A stretch of 64,000 bases of DNA from positions 9,243-73,242 of the forward strand of contig JBGQGB010000005.1 in assembly GCA_041497195.1 (NCBI GenBank). Reading direction: 5' to 3'. Every line of letters begins with the position of its first letter. Within the stretch, counting starts at the first letter, position 1. The translations under genes were made by a program, and so were the position numbers. The notes beneath the pieces are model-generated. The model did not search any database. It was not told the origin of the DNA and saw only the letters and a program-made list of their open reading frames with translations. This DNA is from Candidatus Doudnabacteria bacterium. GTDB lineage: Bacteria > Patescibacteriota > Doudnabacteria > UBA920 > 2-01-FULL-46-14. This document shows positions 50,290 through 60,923 of the stretch, in pieces.

Positions 50290-51327
50290 TTATTCTGCTG
50301 CTTGTTTTTCTTTCACCGTTTTCCTCAAGGCTGCATCAATAGTAGCCGCGATTTTGGGATTGTCGCGCAAAAATTGTTTCGCGGTTTCCCGACCCACCCC
50401 GAGCCGCTCCTCGCCAAACAGATAAGAATTGCCGGATTTCGTGACTGTGCCGTGTTCGGTGGCTGTATCCAGAAGATCGCCTTCATAAGAAATTCCCTCG
50501 TTCCACATCAGATCAAACTCGGCCACGCGGAAAGGCGGGGCGACTTTATTTTTGACGATCTTGACCTTGACCCGATTACCGATAATTTTTTCGCCCTGCT
50601 TGATTTGCGCCGATTTCCGAATTTCCATGCGGACGGAGGAATAAAATTTCAAAGCCTGACCACCAGTGGTAGTCTCCGGATTACCAAACACCACGCCAAT
50701 CTTCATGCGAATTTGATTGATAAAAATTACCGTGGAGTGAGATTTGCTGATAATGCCGGCGAGCTTCCGCAAAGCCTGGCTCATCAGCCTGGCGTGCAGC
50801 CCCATATGCGAATCACCCATTTCCCCCTCGATCTCCGCCCGCGGAGTCAACGCGGCCACCGAATCCACGACAATGACATCCACGGCATTGCTTCGCACCA
50901 AAGTCTCGACAATATCGAGGGCCTGCTCGCCGGTGTCGGGCTGGGAAATCAACAGGTCATCCAGTTTGACGCCGATTTTCTCCGCATAGTCAGGGTCGAG
51001 CGCGTGCTCAGCATCCACAAACGCCGCGTTGCCTTTGCGTTTTTGCACCTCAGCCACCATGTGCATCGCCAAGGTGGTTTTGCCGGAAGACTCGGGACCA
51101 AAAATTTCAATAATCCGTCCTTTGGGAATACCGCCCACCCCCAACGCCAGGTCCAAAGAAATGGAACCGGTGGGAATAGTTTCCACATTCATGGTCCGGG
51201 CTTCTTTGAGCTTCATAATGGAACCATCGCCAAACTTCTGGCGGATCTGCTCCACCGCTCCTTCCAAAGCTGCGGCTTTCCCGGAAACTTCGGTTTTTTC
51301 TCCCTGGGTTGTGACTGTTTTTGCCAT
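50290..51327 (-). CDS. recA: Recombinase RecA
   Basis: [33 protein letters not shown]. Confidence 0.99.
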   Translation of the reverse strand: MAKTVTTQGEKTEVSGKAAALEGAVEQIRQKFGDGSIMKLKEARTMNVETIPTGSISLDLALGVGGIPKGRIIEIFGPESSGKTTLAMHMVAEVQKRKGNAAFVDAEHALDPDYAEKIGVKLDDLLISQPDTGEQALDIVETLVRSNAVDVIVVDSVAALTPRAEIEGEMGDSHMGLHARLMSQALRKLAGIISKSHSTVIFINQIRMKIGVVFGNPETTTGGQALKFYSSVRMEIRKSAQIKQGEKIIGNRVKVKIVKNKVAPPFRVAEFDLMWNEGISYEGDLLDTATEHGTVTKSGNSYLFGEERLGVGRETAKQFLRDNPKIAATIDAALRKTVKEKQAAE

Positions 51328-51368
51328 AGTAGTTGATTATATCAAAATTTAAGCTCTTTGAAAAAGTC

Positions 51369-52319
51369 TTATTTCGTAAATTCAATATCCCGAATAACCT
51401 CGCCCTCTTTGCCCAAAATCCCCAAATCCTTGCCGTTGAGGATGACCCGGGTCTGGCCGGCGTTGCGCGTGGTCAAAACTATTTTGCCAGTAGCAGTGAC
51501 GGTCCGAGTCGAGCCCGGCAGCATCGTACCGGAATAATCCTGGACTCCGTCCGTTTCCAAATAAATCCAGGTTGCCTCCGCCCCGATGCTGACCTCCACA
51601 GTCGGACCAGTGGACACTTCGGTATTGGCAGTAAAAGCCCCGGCCACCTGTTTTTCCTGGAGCATAATCGAGCGAGTCACTTGTGTCTGCTGGCCGAATT
51701 GATTGACGGCTCTGACCACCAGTTGATTTTGGCCTGGCCCCAAACTCAAATTTTCGCGAAACTCCCCGCTCTCATCCACCACCAAAGGCTGGTCATTCAG
51801 ATAGACCCGAGTGCCCGGCTCGGCTTTCCCGGAAACCACCAGAAGACTCGAATCCACGACCCCGTCCTTGTCCGGGGACAGAACTTGCAGTACCGGGGCG
51901 CGCCGCAATGAACTGACCTGAAAATACAAATAGGAAAGACTTAACAAAGCCAGAAACACCGCCCCCAAAATCGTTAAGGTTTTGGGGCTGAAAATGAACC
52001 GGGGTAAAAAAAATTTGGGTTCTTGTTTGGCTTTTTCCGCTGACTGCAAGTGGATGGCGATCTCTTGTTCGGCCGCATATTGCTGCAACAGTTGAGTCTC
52101 GCCCAAACCATAAACTTTTGCCAAAGTTTTCAAAAATCCTTTGACGTAAACTGTTGCTGGCAACTCCTGGTATTGCCCTTGCTCTAGGGCGAGTAGAAAC
52201 TTCGGCTGGATTTGTGAAATCTTCGCCACCTCGTCCGGGGAGAACCCCAAATGTTCCCGAGAAGACAAAAGGTACTCTCCTAAGGTTTGCAAATTGACTT
52301 TTCTGGTTTTGAATATCAT
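51369..52319 (-). CDS. RodZ-like HTH membrane protein with Ig-like and DUF4115 regions
   Basis: N-terminal HTH_25 (LEQGQYQELPATVYVKGFL), single TM, NAGQTRVILNGK. Confidence 0.82.
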   Translation of the reverse strand: MIFKTRKVNLQTLGEYLLSSREHLGFSPDEVAKISQIQPKFLLALEQGQYQELPATVYVKGFLKTLAKVYGLGETQLLQQYAAEQEIAIHLQSAEKAKQEPKFFLPRFIFSPKTLTILGAVFLALLSLSYLYFQVSSLRRAPVLQVLSPDKDGVVDSSLLVVSGKAEPGTRVYLNDQPLVVDESGEFRENLSLGPGQNQLVVRAVNQFGQQTQVTRSIMLQEKQVAGAFTANTEVSTGPTVEVSIGAEATWIYLETDGVQDYSGTMLPGSTRTVTATGKIVLTTRNAGQTRVILNGKDLGILGKEGEVIRDIEFTK

Positions 52320-54544
52320 GAAACGTCTTCTTCCTCATTGTCATTATAATCTTCGCTTGTCGCGATGTATACGTCGCGAGGCTTAGCCCCCTCGCCCGGC
52401 CCGATGACACCCTTTTCCTCCATCAAATCCAAAAGACGGGCGGCGCGGGCATAACCAACGCGCAGCCGTCGCTGCAACAAAGAGGCGGAGGCTTTCCCGG
52501 CTTGCTTGACCACGTCGATGGCTTCGGAGAGCATATCGTCCTCGTCGTCATCCCCGTCAAAACCAGGAATCACACTGCCTCCTTTCGGCCTTTCCAAAAT
52601 TTCTTGATCATAGAGTACCGCACCCGCTTGCTGATGGACAAAATCCACCACCCCGCTGACTTCTTTTTCGGAAATGTAGCTGCCCTGGATGCGCTTGGGC
52701 TTGCCCAGCTCCGCCGTGATATAGAGCATGTCGCCGGAACCCAAAAGTTTTTCCGCCCCTGAGATATCCAAAATCGTGCGCGAATCCACTTGCGACGCCA
52801 CGGCAAATGCCATCCGGGCGGTGATGTTGGCTTTGATCAGTCCGGTAATAATATCCACGGACGGCCGCTGCGTGGCCAGCACCAGATGGACCCCGACGGC
52901 CCGGGCCATTTGCGCCAGCCGCACCACTGCGGCTTCCACGTCTGCCTGAGCCACAGCCATCAAATCAGCCAGTTCGTCCACCACGATGACGATAAAAGGC
53001 AATTTTTCTTCTGCCGCGGCATTGTACTCGACAATATTGCGTTTATTTCTGCTGGCCAGCAACGTGTAGCGGCGGTCCATTTCCCGCACCGCCCATTTCA
53101 GGGCATTGACGGCTTTGTTGTAATCAGCCACCACTTCGGTCAAAAGATGCGGAATGCCGTTGTACGAAGTCAGTTCCACCCGCTTCGGATCAATCACGAT
53201 CAGACGCAGCTCTTCCGGGGAATTGCGATACAAAAGACTGATGAGCAGGGAATTGATCGCGACACTTTTGCCGGTGCCGGTGGCGCCAGCGATCAAAAGA
53301 TGCGGCATCCGGGCCAAATCCGAAACTACTGGATGGCCCGCCACATCACGGCCAAGAGCGAAGGCCAGACTGGATTTGTGATTCACGAAATTTTCCGTCT
53401 GAATGACGTCTTTGATCCGCACTATGGCCGTGGCTTTATTGGGCACCTCGATACCCACCAGTGCCCGGCCGGGGATGGGCGCTTCGATCCGGATCGAAGG
53501 CGCGGCCAAAGTCAAAGCCAAGTCATTCTGCAAAGCCAAAATTTGGGAAAGTTTTACGCCCTGGGCCGGCCGCAGCGTGTATTGGGTCACGGTCGGGCCA
53601 ACGTTGACCTCGCCCATTTCCACCTCAATGCCGAAATCAGCCAAGGTTTTCTGAATAATCGTCACGTTGGCTTCGATATTGCCGCTATCCACAATATTAT
53701 GCGAGTCCTCCAAAAGCGAAATGGGCGGAAGTTGCCAATTGGTTTTGCGATATTTGGCGGCCAAAATTTCGTGCGAGACTAGTTTTGCCGTTTTTTCACC
53801 CACGGTCAAAGTCTCATCTGATACTTCTTCTGTTTCGTTTGTGAGTTTCGCCAGCAAAGGCGAGGGCGAAGAGACTTTGGCTGTGCTGAAATCCGCGACT
53901 GGCATTTTGTTGATTTTGATGTCATTACCGCCGACATTGATTCTGGCTGGCTGGCCTCGGACAGCCCCGTCTCGTCTGCGCCGCCACAGGGCCGCCAGAT
54001 TGAGATTGTAAACCAAAACCAAAGAAACTATCAGTAGCCCGGCCAAAATCGCGACTGAAGCCCAAAAGTCCAAAAGACTAAACAGGGGCAACGCAACTAA
54101 AACTCCCAAATAACCACCACCGAGGGAGTGGGTGGCGAGGTCTACAGCCGTCTCAGGAGCCGGCCGCATGGCTATCAAATGCAAAATCCCGGTGAAAGAA
54201 AAAGCAAACAGTAAAGCCCCGAGATAAATGCGCAAATTCGAAGACGGGGCGTCTTCCTCGTCATCCCGTCCCTGCCGCCTTCCGGCCAGAAACAAAGCCA
54301 AGGCCATGCCAAAAAAAATCACCGGGCTAATTAAAGCGCCTGACCCGAAAAAAAAGCCGAGGATTTTGCCGAAAAACTTGCCGAAAGACCCGGCCGCGGC
54401 GAATAATGACAGAAAACTCAAAACCATCAGGAGCAAAAATACCACGATAAGAATCCCCCGCCAAGTCTGCGGCGAAAGCTGAAATTCGGGCAGGTCAGCG
54501 CCATAACTTCTTTTGACTTTGAGTTTTCGGGAACCACGAGCCAT
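52316..54544 (-). CDS. ftsK: DNA translocase FtsK/SpoIIIE
   Basis: 4TM N-terminus, AGATGTGKS, DELADLM, LQRRLRVGYARAAR gamma domain. Confidence 0.96.
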   Translation of the reverse strand: MARGSRKLKVKRSYGADLPEFQLSPQTWRGILIVVFLLLMVLSFLSLFAAAGSFGKFFGKILGFFFGSGALISPVIFFGMALALFLAGRRQGRDDEEDAPSSNLRIYLGALLFAFSFTGILHLIAMRPAPETAVDLATHSLGGGYLGVLVALPLFSLLDFWASVAILAGLLIVSLVLVYNLNLAALWRRRRDGAVRGQPARINVGGNDIKINKMPVADFSTAKVSSPSPLLAKLTNETEEVSDETLTVGEKTAKLVSHEILAAKYRKTNWQLPPISLLEDSHNIVDSGNIEANVTIIQKTLADFGIEVEMGEVNVGPTVTQYTLRPAQGVKLSQILALQNDLALTLAAPSIRIEAPIPGRALVGIEVPNKATAIVRIKDVIQTENFVNHKSSLAFALGRDVAGHPVVSDLARMPHLLIAGATGTGKSVAINSLLISLLYRNSPEELRLIVIDPKRVELTSYNGIPHLLTEVVADYNKAVNALKWAVREMDRRYTLLASRNKRNIVEYNAAAEEKLPFIVIVVDELADLMAVAQADVEAAVVRLAQMARAVGVHLVLATQRPSVDIITGLIKANITARMAFAVASQVDSRTILDISGAEKLLGSGDMLYITAELGKPKRIQGSYISEKEVSGVVDFVHQQAGAVLYDQEILERPKGGSVIPGFDGDDDEDDMLSEAIDVVKQAGKASASLLQRRLRVGYARAARLLDLMEEKGVIGPGEGAKPRDVYIATSEDYNDNEEEDVS

Positions 54545-54620
54545 ATGAGCTATTTTATCACAAAAAGAAAAACCTGCCGACTTTGCGGCAGATCAAGGTC
54601 CTGCTTGACAATTTGCAAAA

Positions 54621-55049
54621 TTAGACCTCGGTTTTGACCCGAACTTTTTTGGTTCGGGCGCGCGAGGCCTTGGGCAGCACCAGAGTCAAAATCCCGTCTT
54701 TGAGGTCAGCGGTCGCGCGATCGACATCAATCTCCACCGGCAGATTGAGTGAGCGAGAAAACGCGCCCCAGTAGCATTCTTGGTAAAAATAATCCTCGTC
54801 CTTGATGGCTTCTTCTTGTTTACGGTCCCCCCGGATGGTCACCGACTCACCACTGAGGGTAATATCCAAATCCTCGGGTTTGACCCCCGCAATCGTGGAC
54901 TTGATGAAAACATTATCCTTGTCCTGATAAACATCAACAGTCAGCTGTCCCTCTTCCCCCTCGCCTCCAGCCTCATCACTGGCAACGAGTCCAGCCTCTC
55001 CGTCGTCATCGTCTTCGCTGCTAAAAACTTTTTTAAACCAGGCTGTCAT
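54621..55049 (-). CDS. Hsp20/alpha-crystallin small heat-shock protein
   Basis: VDVYQ, ECYWGAFSRSLNLP, DGILTLVLPK. Confidence 0.93.
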   Translation of the reverse strand: MTAWFKKVFSSEDDDDGEAGLVASDEAGGEGEEGQLTVDVYQDKDNVFIKSTIAGVKPEDLDITLSGESVTIRGDRKQEEAIKDEDYFYQECYWGAFSRSLNLPVEIDVDRATADLKDGILTLVLPKASRARTKKVRVKTEV

Positions 55050-55072
55050 ATATTCCCATCTTAATGAGGCCG

Positions 55073-56215
55073 CTACAACATGTCAATCACGGCTTCAGCC
55101 GCCAGGGCGGCCGCCTCCGGCTGGCTCAACTGCCGAGTTCGGTCGCGAACCTCCTGGTAAAACTTTTTATCCTGAAGCAGCCGCTCCACCCACAACCGCA
55201 GTTCCTGACTATCCTTGGCAAACAAACCCACTCCGCGCTTGCGCAAATAGTCGAGATTGAGCTCCTCCATCGCCGGCAGCGGATTGACCAAAATCATCGG
55301 TAAATTTTTCAGAAGCGCTTGGGCAATCGTGAGCCCGCCCGGCTTGGTCACCAAAATTTTCGCCACCGAAAATAATTTAGCAATCGCCAAACTTTCCAAA
55401 TGCCCAAAAACTTTCAAAACCCTGGGGTGATTGGCGGCCAAGTCTCGCAGCTCCTGCAAAAGTTTTTTATTGTAGCCGGTGACGACCGCGATTTGGATTT
55501 CAAAGGCACTCTCCAATAAACCCTGGATATTAGCCAGCGTGACGCCCCAGCCGCGGCTGCCCCCCATGACCAAAATTATCGGGGTGCGGTGACTGAGATC
55601 AAACTCCCGGCAAATTTCCCCTTCATCGTAGTTCTCGCTGAACAACGGATCGACCGGCAAACCAGTAATAATTACTCTTTTTTCCGCAAAGCCCGATTTC
55701 ATGACTGCCTGCTGCTGTTCCGCAGTCATCACCAGGTAGCGATCAACCCCGGCATAAACCCAATACGGCTGAAAGTGAAAATCGCTAAAGGTCGTGACAA
55801 TCGCACCCAAGTATTCCTTTTGCTGTTTGAGGGACACGGCCAGAGCCGTGGCAGTCGGGTGGGTAGTCAAAATCAAATCAGGTTTGAGCTTGACCACAAA
55901 GTCGCGATACTTCCGCAGTTGCCACGTAGCCACGGGGACGCGCAGCGGCAAAGTCACTCGCAAAAACCAGGGATTTGTGTAAAAAAACCGCCATAGCCCG
56001 GGCCAGTGCCGCAAGATCCAGGTGTAGAGTCTAGCGCTCTGGCGGGTAAAGACATTGTCATAAAGCTCAAGCGCATCCAACATGTCAATCCGAATGCCAG
56101 GATACGTGCGCAGAACCGCGGCAATGTTCTCTGCCACGACCTTGTGCCCCAAACCGACTGAGCCGGAAATTACTAAAATTTTCTTAGTTATCGCAACGGA
56201 TTTTGGCTGCATCAT
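55073..56215 (-). CDS. MGDG-synthase/UgtP-like glycosyltransferase (GT28)
   Basis: SVGLGH, TTHP, TGLPV, MGGSRG, TKPGGLT. Confidence 0.88.
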   Translation of the reverse strand: MMQPKSVAITKKILVISGSVGLGHKVVAENIAAVLRTYPGIRIDMLDALELYDNVFTRQSARLYTWILRHWPGLWRFFYTNPWFLRVTLPLRVPVATWQLRKYRDFVVKLKPDLILTTHPTATALAVSLKQQKEYLGAIVTTFSDFHFQPYWVYAGVDRYLVMTAEQQQAVMKSGFAEKRVIITGLPVDPLFSENYDEGEICREFDLSHRTPIILVMGGSRGWGVTLANIQGLLESAFEIQIAVVTGYNKKLLQELRDLAANHPRVLKVFGHLESLAIAKLFSVAKILVTKPGGLTIAQALLKNLPMILVNPLPAMEELNLDYLRKRGVGLFAKDSQELRLWVERLLQDKKFYQEVRDRTRQLSQPEAAALAAEAVIDML

Positions 56216-57816
56216 TTTGATTCATGCTGAAAAATCAAGGCCACATTGTCGCGATAAACTGTTTGCCAGCCCTGTTGCTTGAGCGCTGCTTCAAACAGAC
56301 AAGGTAAATTATTTTTTCCCGGGGGACCGAAGACAGCCGCGAGCTTGGCCAGGTAGGGTCGTAGAAACGCTGGGCTTTTGGACACAGTTTTATTGCTACA
56401 ATTCGAGTTAGGAATGAGCACTGTGGCGATACGATTGCGCGCAAACACATCCTGCCACTCCCAGTGATCAAGGCTCCTGGGATAAAAGACCTTCACGTAA
56501 TCCGCCATCGCCGAGTACCCAGTCTGCGGATCGAGCCAATGGGGCATCCGCCCGTCAATAAATACCGGCACCTCAGGAAGCGTCCAAATCAAATAACCGC
56601 CCCAGCCATAAAAATTGAACAGATTGCCCACCTGGTTTTGCCCAGCCAGCTGATGCAAAACTAGTGTCGCCTGCTGCGGATAAACCATGGGCCCGGCAGA
56701 AACCGCCGCCGCCAGCAGTAAACAAGCCAAAAAAAATACCAAACCAATTTTCAGCCAGGAAAAAATTTGCAGCTCCCTGGGCAAAAACGGAAACTTGTCC
56801 CGGGCCGCCTTGATGTCCTGCCATAAGTAAACAAACCCCAGAGAAAACAGCGGCATCACGCTCAAGAAAAAAAACGGCCCGTATTTGATACTTTTCACAA
56901 ACGCCAGAAAAAAAATGAGATTGACCAAAATGAGTGGCAGCGGATATTTTCGATAATACCGCGCAATCAGCCACACGTAGACTCCAGCCAGCAAAGTGAT
57001 ACTTGCAAAAACAGACAAAGACAGCCACGGAGAGTCAAATAAACCAGGCAAAGAGATGAGGGGTTGCCATTCGTTGATATAGCGGGCCGTATCTGACGAA
57101 ACAAACACCCGAAAAATCTCGCCATACAAGTGCAGTCCATAGGGATTCAGCAAAGTCGCGACAACACTCAGTACGAAGCTCAAAAGATCAACAGACAAAT
57201 TTCGGAGTTGCTCTGTGTCGCGCCTGGTAAAGGATTGATAAAGACTCGCCAGTAAAAACAAAGCCCACGTGGCCAAACCAGCAGCAAAACCAGCGTGCAG
57301 ATTAGCCCACACCCAAAACATCACCGGAAAAATCAGGAGCACCAGTTGCGCAATCTTTTTGGACCCGCGGGCCACATACCTTTTCAGGCAAAGCTCAAAG
57401 ATCAAAAAAAAGAAAAAAAACGAAATGACTTGCGGCCTGATGCCGATATATTCGCTCATCAAGACGGCCAAAAACCCGACGAACCACAATTCGAACCAAT
57501 TCTTGTAGCGCCTCAGCCAAACCACAAACGGGGCGGCTGCCAGCAGCCCAAAAAATATTACTGCCACCGGCCACAGGTGGTGCCCTTTCAACCACGCTAG
57601 CGCGGCTTCCACGAGCCATTCGTGATCGACCCAGTGGTAACCGGCCATACTGAAGCTGAATGCGTCTGCCACGGGAACTGTTCTGGTCTGCAAGGTCAGC
57701 TCCCCGACACGTAAATGCCAGCCCAAATCCGGGTCAATCCTGGTAGCGGCAATCCAAATAAAACCAACCACAATGAAAATGGCCAGGATGGATTTAAAAA
57801 TTTTTCCCCAACTCAT
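56212..57816 (-). CDS. Polytopic membrane protein, GT-C-like
   Basis: DPDLGWHLRVG, WVDHEWL, RPQ, WANLHAG, VFIDGR motifs. Confidence 0.7.
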   Translation of the reverse strand: MSWGKIFKSILAIFIVVGFIWIAATRIDPDLGWHLRVGELTLQTRTVPVADAFSFSMAGYHWVDHEWLVEAALAWLKGHHLWPVAVIFFGLLAAAPFVVWLRRYKNWFELWFVGFLAVLMSEYIGIRPQVISFFFFFLIFELCLKRYVARGSKKIAQLVLLIFPVMFWVWANLHAGFAAGLATWALFLLASLYQSFTRRDTEQLRNLSVDLLSFVLSVVATLLNPYGLHLYGEIFRVFVSSDTARYINEWQPLISLPGLFDSPWLSLSVFASITLLAGVYVWLIARYYRKYPLPLILVNLIFFLAFVKSIKYGPFFFLSVMPLFSLGFVYLWQDIKAARDKFPFLPRELQIFSWLKIGLVFFLACLLLAAAVSAGPMVYPQQATLVLHQLAGQNQVGNLFNFYGWGGYLIWTLPEVPVFIDGRMPHWLDPQTGYSAMADYVKVFYPRSLDHWEWQDVFARNRIATVLIPNSNCSNKTVSKSPAFLRPYLAKLAAVFGPPGKNNLPCLFEAALKQQGWQTVYRDNVALIFQHESK

Positions 57817-58979
57817 ATGGTTTGTTCGCGTGGCTTCGCGATTAGGGTCACAAAGCTGACTATCAAAACCAGAACCCCTAAAATCAGGAATAAACGACTG
57901 AGGCCGAGTTGGTCAGTGAGGAAACCAAACAAAAACAACGTCAAGGCAGCCGCAATCGTCGCTATCATACTCTGCACGGAAATGACCGTGGCGCGGTGTG
58001 TGGAATCAATATAACGATTAGTATAAGTACTCAAGACTGGCTGCAGGATGCCTTGCAAAAACGCATAGCCAAACAAAATCGCCAGGCCCTGTTTCGTGGT
58101 CAAGATGCCAAGCAGTCCGACCAGAATACCCAGGGCCGTCAGACAAAAAGCAAAAATTTTATTTTCCCCAAGCCAAACATAAATTTTCCCTGAAACCATT
58201 CCGCCGAGGGCTTGGATAACGAACATTACCGGCAGGATGACACTAAAAGCGTGAATTGAAAAACCCAAATTTTGCAAATAGGGCTGATAAGAATTGCTCA
58301 AAGTATAAGCCACGCCAAAAACCATTGATAGCACGGCTATAGCCCAGAGCACGAAGCGATTCTGATAGGCAATCAGGACTCCGGTTTTGATCTGGGCCCA
58401 ATGCGCAGTCAGGGTGAACTGGCCCTGCCTCCCCCGATTTTCCTGAAAAAATAACAAGGCGCTGCCAGCGAGAAAAAACGGGATGGCAGAGGCCAAATAC
58501 GCTGAGCGAAAATTAAGCGAATACAGATAGGGGCCGACCACGCCAGCAAGCGCCATACCGGACAGGGCGAAAAAATGGGAGCGACCGACGACTTGGGCGT
58601 AGGTTTTTTCATCCTGTAAGCGATCGTACAGCATAGCTTCATCCGCTCCAGAAATCATAGAAAAACCAAACGACCACAGGAAAAAACTGAAAAAGACTTG
58701 AGTGAAAGTGTGGCTCAGCCCGGTGGCCACAGCGCCTAGAGCCAGGGCCCCACAGCCGATCATCACAGTCGCTTTGCGACCAATCAGATCAGCAAAAGCC
58801 CCGCTGGGGATTTCAAAAATTACAAACATCAGCATATACACGGCGCCCAAAATAAAAATCCTGGAAAAGGAAAATCCCAGGACCCGCTCAAACAGGACAG
58901 TCGTGCCATTAGCGATATAGAGGCCGATGAAAAAACTGTAGAGATAAAAAACTATGACGTCTTTGCGCAGTTTGTCCAA
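57813..58979 (-). CDS. MFS transporter
   Basis: EIPSGAFADLIGRK motif A; 12-TM pattern. Confidence 0.9.
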   Translation of the reverse strand: MDKLRKDVIVFYLYSFFIGLYIANGTTVLFERVLGFSFSRIFILGAVYMLMFVIFEIPSGAFADLIGRKATVMIGCGALALGAVATGLSHTFTQVFFSFFLWSFGFSMISGADEAMLYDRLQDEKTYAQVVGRSHFFALSGMALAGVVGPYLYSLNFRSAYLASAIPFFLAGSALLFFQENRGRQGQFTLTAHWAQIKTGVLIAYQNRFVLWAIAVLSMVFGVAYTLSNSYQPYLQNLGFSIHAFSVILPVMFVIQALGGMVSGKIYVWLGENKIFAFCLTALGILVGLLGILTTKQGLAILFGYAFLQGILQPVLSTYTNRYIDSTHRATVISVQSMIATIAAALTLFLFGFLTDQLGLSRLFLILGVLVLIVSFVTLIAKPREQTI

Positions 58980-58996
58980 AATTATTCCAGCCGAAT

Positions 58997-59644
58997 TTAT
59001 TTTTGCAAACTTTCCTGCCGAAACTCAAAATACGAATACCCAACTGTCCACAAAGCCACTCCCAGAATGGGCACCAGCACAAACCAAAACGCGTATCGCG
59101 GCACCACCATGCCCAGCAACCCCACAACTGCAGCCGCGCGAAACAGCTTGCCCCCGAGCTCGTGGGTTTTGCGCCACACAGTCTCACTGCTTAAAGTCCA
59201 GGGAGTGCGGATCCCGATACTCCAATTGGGTTCGGCGTGCGCCACCAAAACGCCGATGCCATAAAATAAAATCACTATGCCCGGCACCAAAAATCGTACG
59301 AAATCAAACTGGTATCCCAAATTCCAAGCCAAGGTTAGGGCGTAGGTATAAAACAGGAAGGCGAAAAAAACCAGGATAAACACGTCAAAGTGCTGGCGAA
59401 ACTTCCGAATATTCTCTTTTTTCGGATCAATCCGCGGGAAAACGAGAAACAACAGCCACAGAACAAAAATAATCACAGGAAACAAAAACGTGCCCCAAAA
59501 CCGCGACATATAGCCGCTTGGCTTACCGCTGGTATTCCAGTGCGAAACGACGAGGGTAGGCAAATGAGGATACGCATACCAACCGACGCCGATGGATACC
59601 AACACCAAAATCAGGACCACGATTTCACTTTTATATAGTTTCAT
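58997..59644 (-). CDS. SdpI/DUF1648 family membrane protein
   Basis: SHWN, PNWSIGIRTPWTLSSETVWRKTH. Confidence 0.9.
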   Translation of the reverse strand: MKLYKSEIVVLILVLVSIGVGWYAYPHLPTLVVSHWNTSGKPSGYMSRFWGTFLFPVIIFVLWLLFLVFPRIDPKKENIRKFRQHFDVFILVFFAFLFYTYALTLAWNLGYQFDFVRFLVPGIVILFYGIGVLVAHAEPNWSIGIRTPWTLSSETVWRKTHELGGKLFRAAAVVGLLGMVVPRYAFWFVLVPILGVALWTVGYSYFEFRQESLQK

Positions 59645-59779
59645 AAAGCGAAAAAAATACCAAACCGAAATACTCTATCATTATAAGGGGTTCGGCGAAA
59701 CCGCACCAGAATTTTTTCCAAACTGCTGCACCAACCAAAAAGCCCCTGTAACAGGGGCTTTTTGACTTGTGAATCTTTA

Positions 59780-60097
59780 CTATTTCGCCGGGGTCGTAGT
59801 CTGCGGCTGGGCTCCAGAATTGAGCGGCACTGGCTGCATCATATAAGGAGGCCAGTTTATATCGCGATCGTAATGCATGCGGTAGCCATAATCTCCGCCA
59901 AACTCGGCTTTGAATTCGCCAATCTTCATGCCGAGACCGAAAACGATGCCGAGAATGGCAAGCCCCAAAAGCAGGCGCAGAAAAAAGTACCCGTGATACC
60001 CATGACTATGCCCGTATCCGCAATCGCAATTGCCCCAATGGCCGTGCCCGTCTTTGTGACTTCCCTCTTTCATTCCGTCTTTATTCATTTCTTCCAT
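59780..60097 (-). CDS. Hypothetical His-rich single-TM protein
   Basis: His/Gly-rich N-terminus then TM and GMKIGEFK; terminator at about 59738-59763. Confidence 0.7.
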   Translation of the reverse strand: MEEMNKDGMKEGSHKDGHGHWGNCDCGYGHSHGYHGYFFLRLLLGLAILGIVFGLGMKIGEFKAEFGGDYGYRMHYDRDINWPPYMMQPVPLNSGAQPQTTTPAK

Positions 60098-60279
60098 AGA
60101 TTGTGTGTGTAATTTAGAACTAAAAATTATATTCCCTCAACCGACCTTTGCAGACATTGTAGCAGTTTTTTGTCGTCCAATCAATTGAGGGAAATGAAAC
60201 GAGCTACATATGCTCGACACGCCGGATCCCCAAAACTGATCTTCTACAGTCGAATCTTGACACAAAGCGGGAAACAATT

Positions 60280-60432
60280 TTAAGTTTTTCGAATATCCGC
60301 CCAAAGAGAAATGATACCCAAGCACAGAAACAGTATTGCTTCCAGCCAATTATGTTTTTGCAGCGCCTCAATCAACGCGATACCAAAGAAAATGATAAAT
60401 ACCGCTATGTTTGTAAATTTCAAGTTTCCCAT
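60280..60432 (-). CDS. Small 2-TM protein, 50 aa, absent from ORF track
   Basis: MGNLKFTNIAVFIIFFGIALIEALQKHNWLEAILFLCLGIISLWADIRKT*. Confidence 0.55.
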   Translation of the reverse strand: MGNLKFTNIAVFIIFFGIALIEALQKHNWLEAILFLCLGIISLWADIRKT

Positions 60433-60620
60433 GTTGGTATGATCAAAGATAATAAATTGTCTTGGCGGAGAGGGTTAAACTTCACTTCGTTTCGCTTAAC
60501 TTAACTACTCTTCCATTCTTAAACTTCTTCAGCGCCTACTAAGCGAAGCGTTAGCGAAGTTTAATGGCGCAGCTCTACGCCTTTCTTCAAACCTATTTTA
60601 GCAGAAAACAGGGGTAATTT

Positions 60621-60667
60621 ACCCCTACATTCACCCCTACATTCGCTATCCCTCGGAATGTAGGGGT
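60621..60667. repeat. Tandem plus inverted 12-bp repeat
   Basis: ACCCCTACATTC at 60621 and 60633; exact reverse complement at 60656-60667. Confidence 0.85.
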
Positions 60668-60923
60668 AGCTAGTCTCGATATTGGCTTCAATGCTCGGCT
60701 TTCTCGCTCTCGCTGGGAAAAATCTCAACCCCCACTTCACTCCGCATTACCCCCTCCTTGGTGCCTCCGTTCGAGCCTGTGATTTGATCACGCCCAACTC
60801 GTCGCCGAGTCTGTGCCTTACCGCCCTGCGGGCGGGGGGGTCGGGCGCCCAAAATTCCTCCCCTTGAAAATAATTAGCTCACGGCCGCATGGCCGAGAAC
60901 CGCAAGCGCGAGCGCTTGATCAA

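Noticed and set aside
50302-51336. 344-aa antisense ORF over recA (also long antisense ORFs over ftsK, rny, ftsH and comM)
   Set aside because: Shadow frames produced by codon bias of conserved genes; no recognisable motifs
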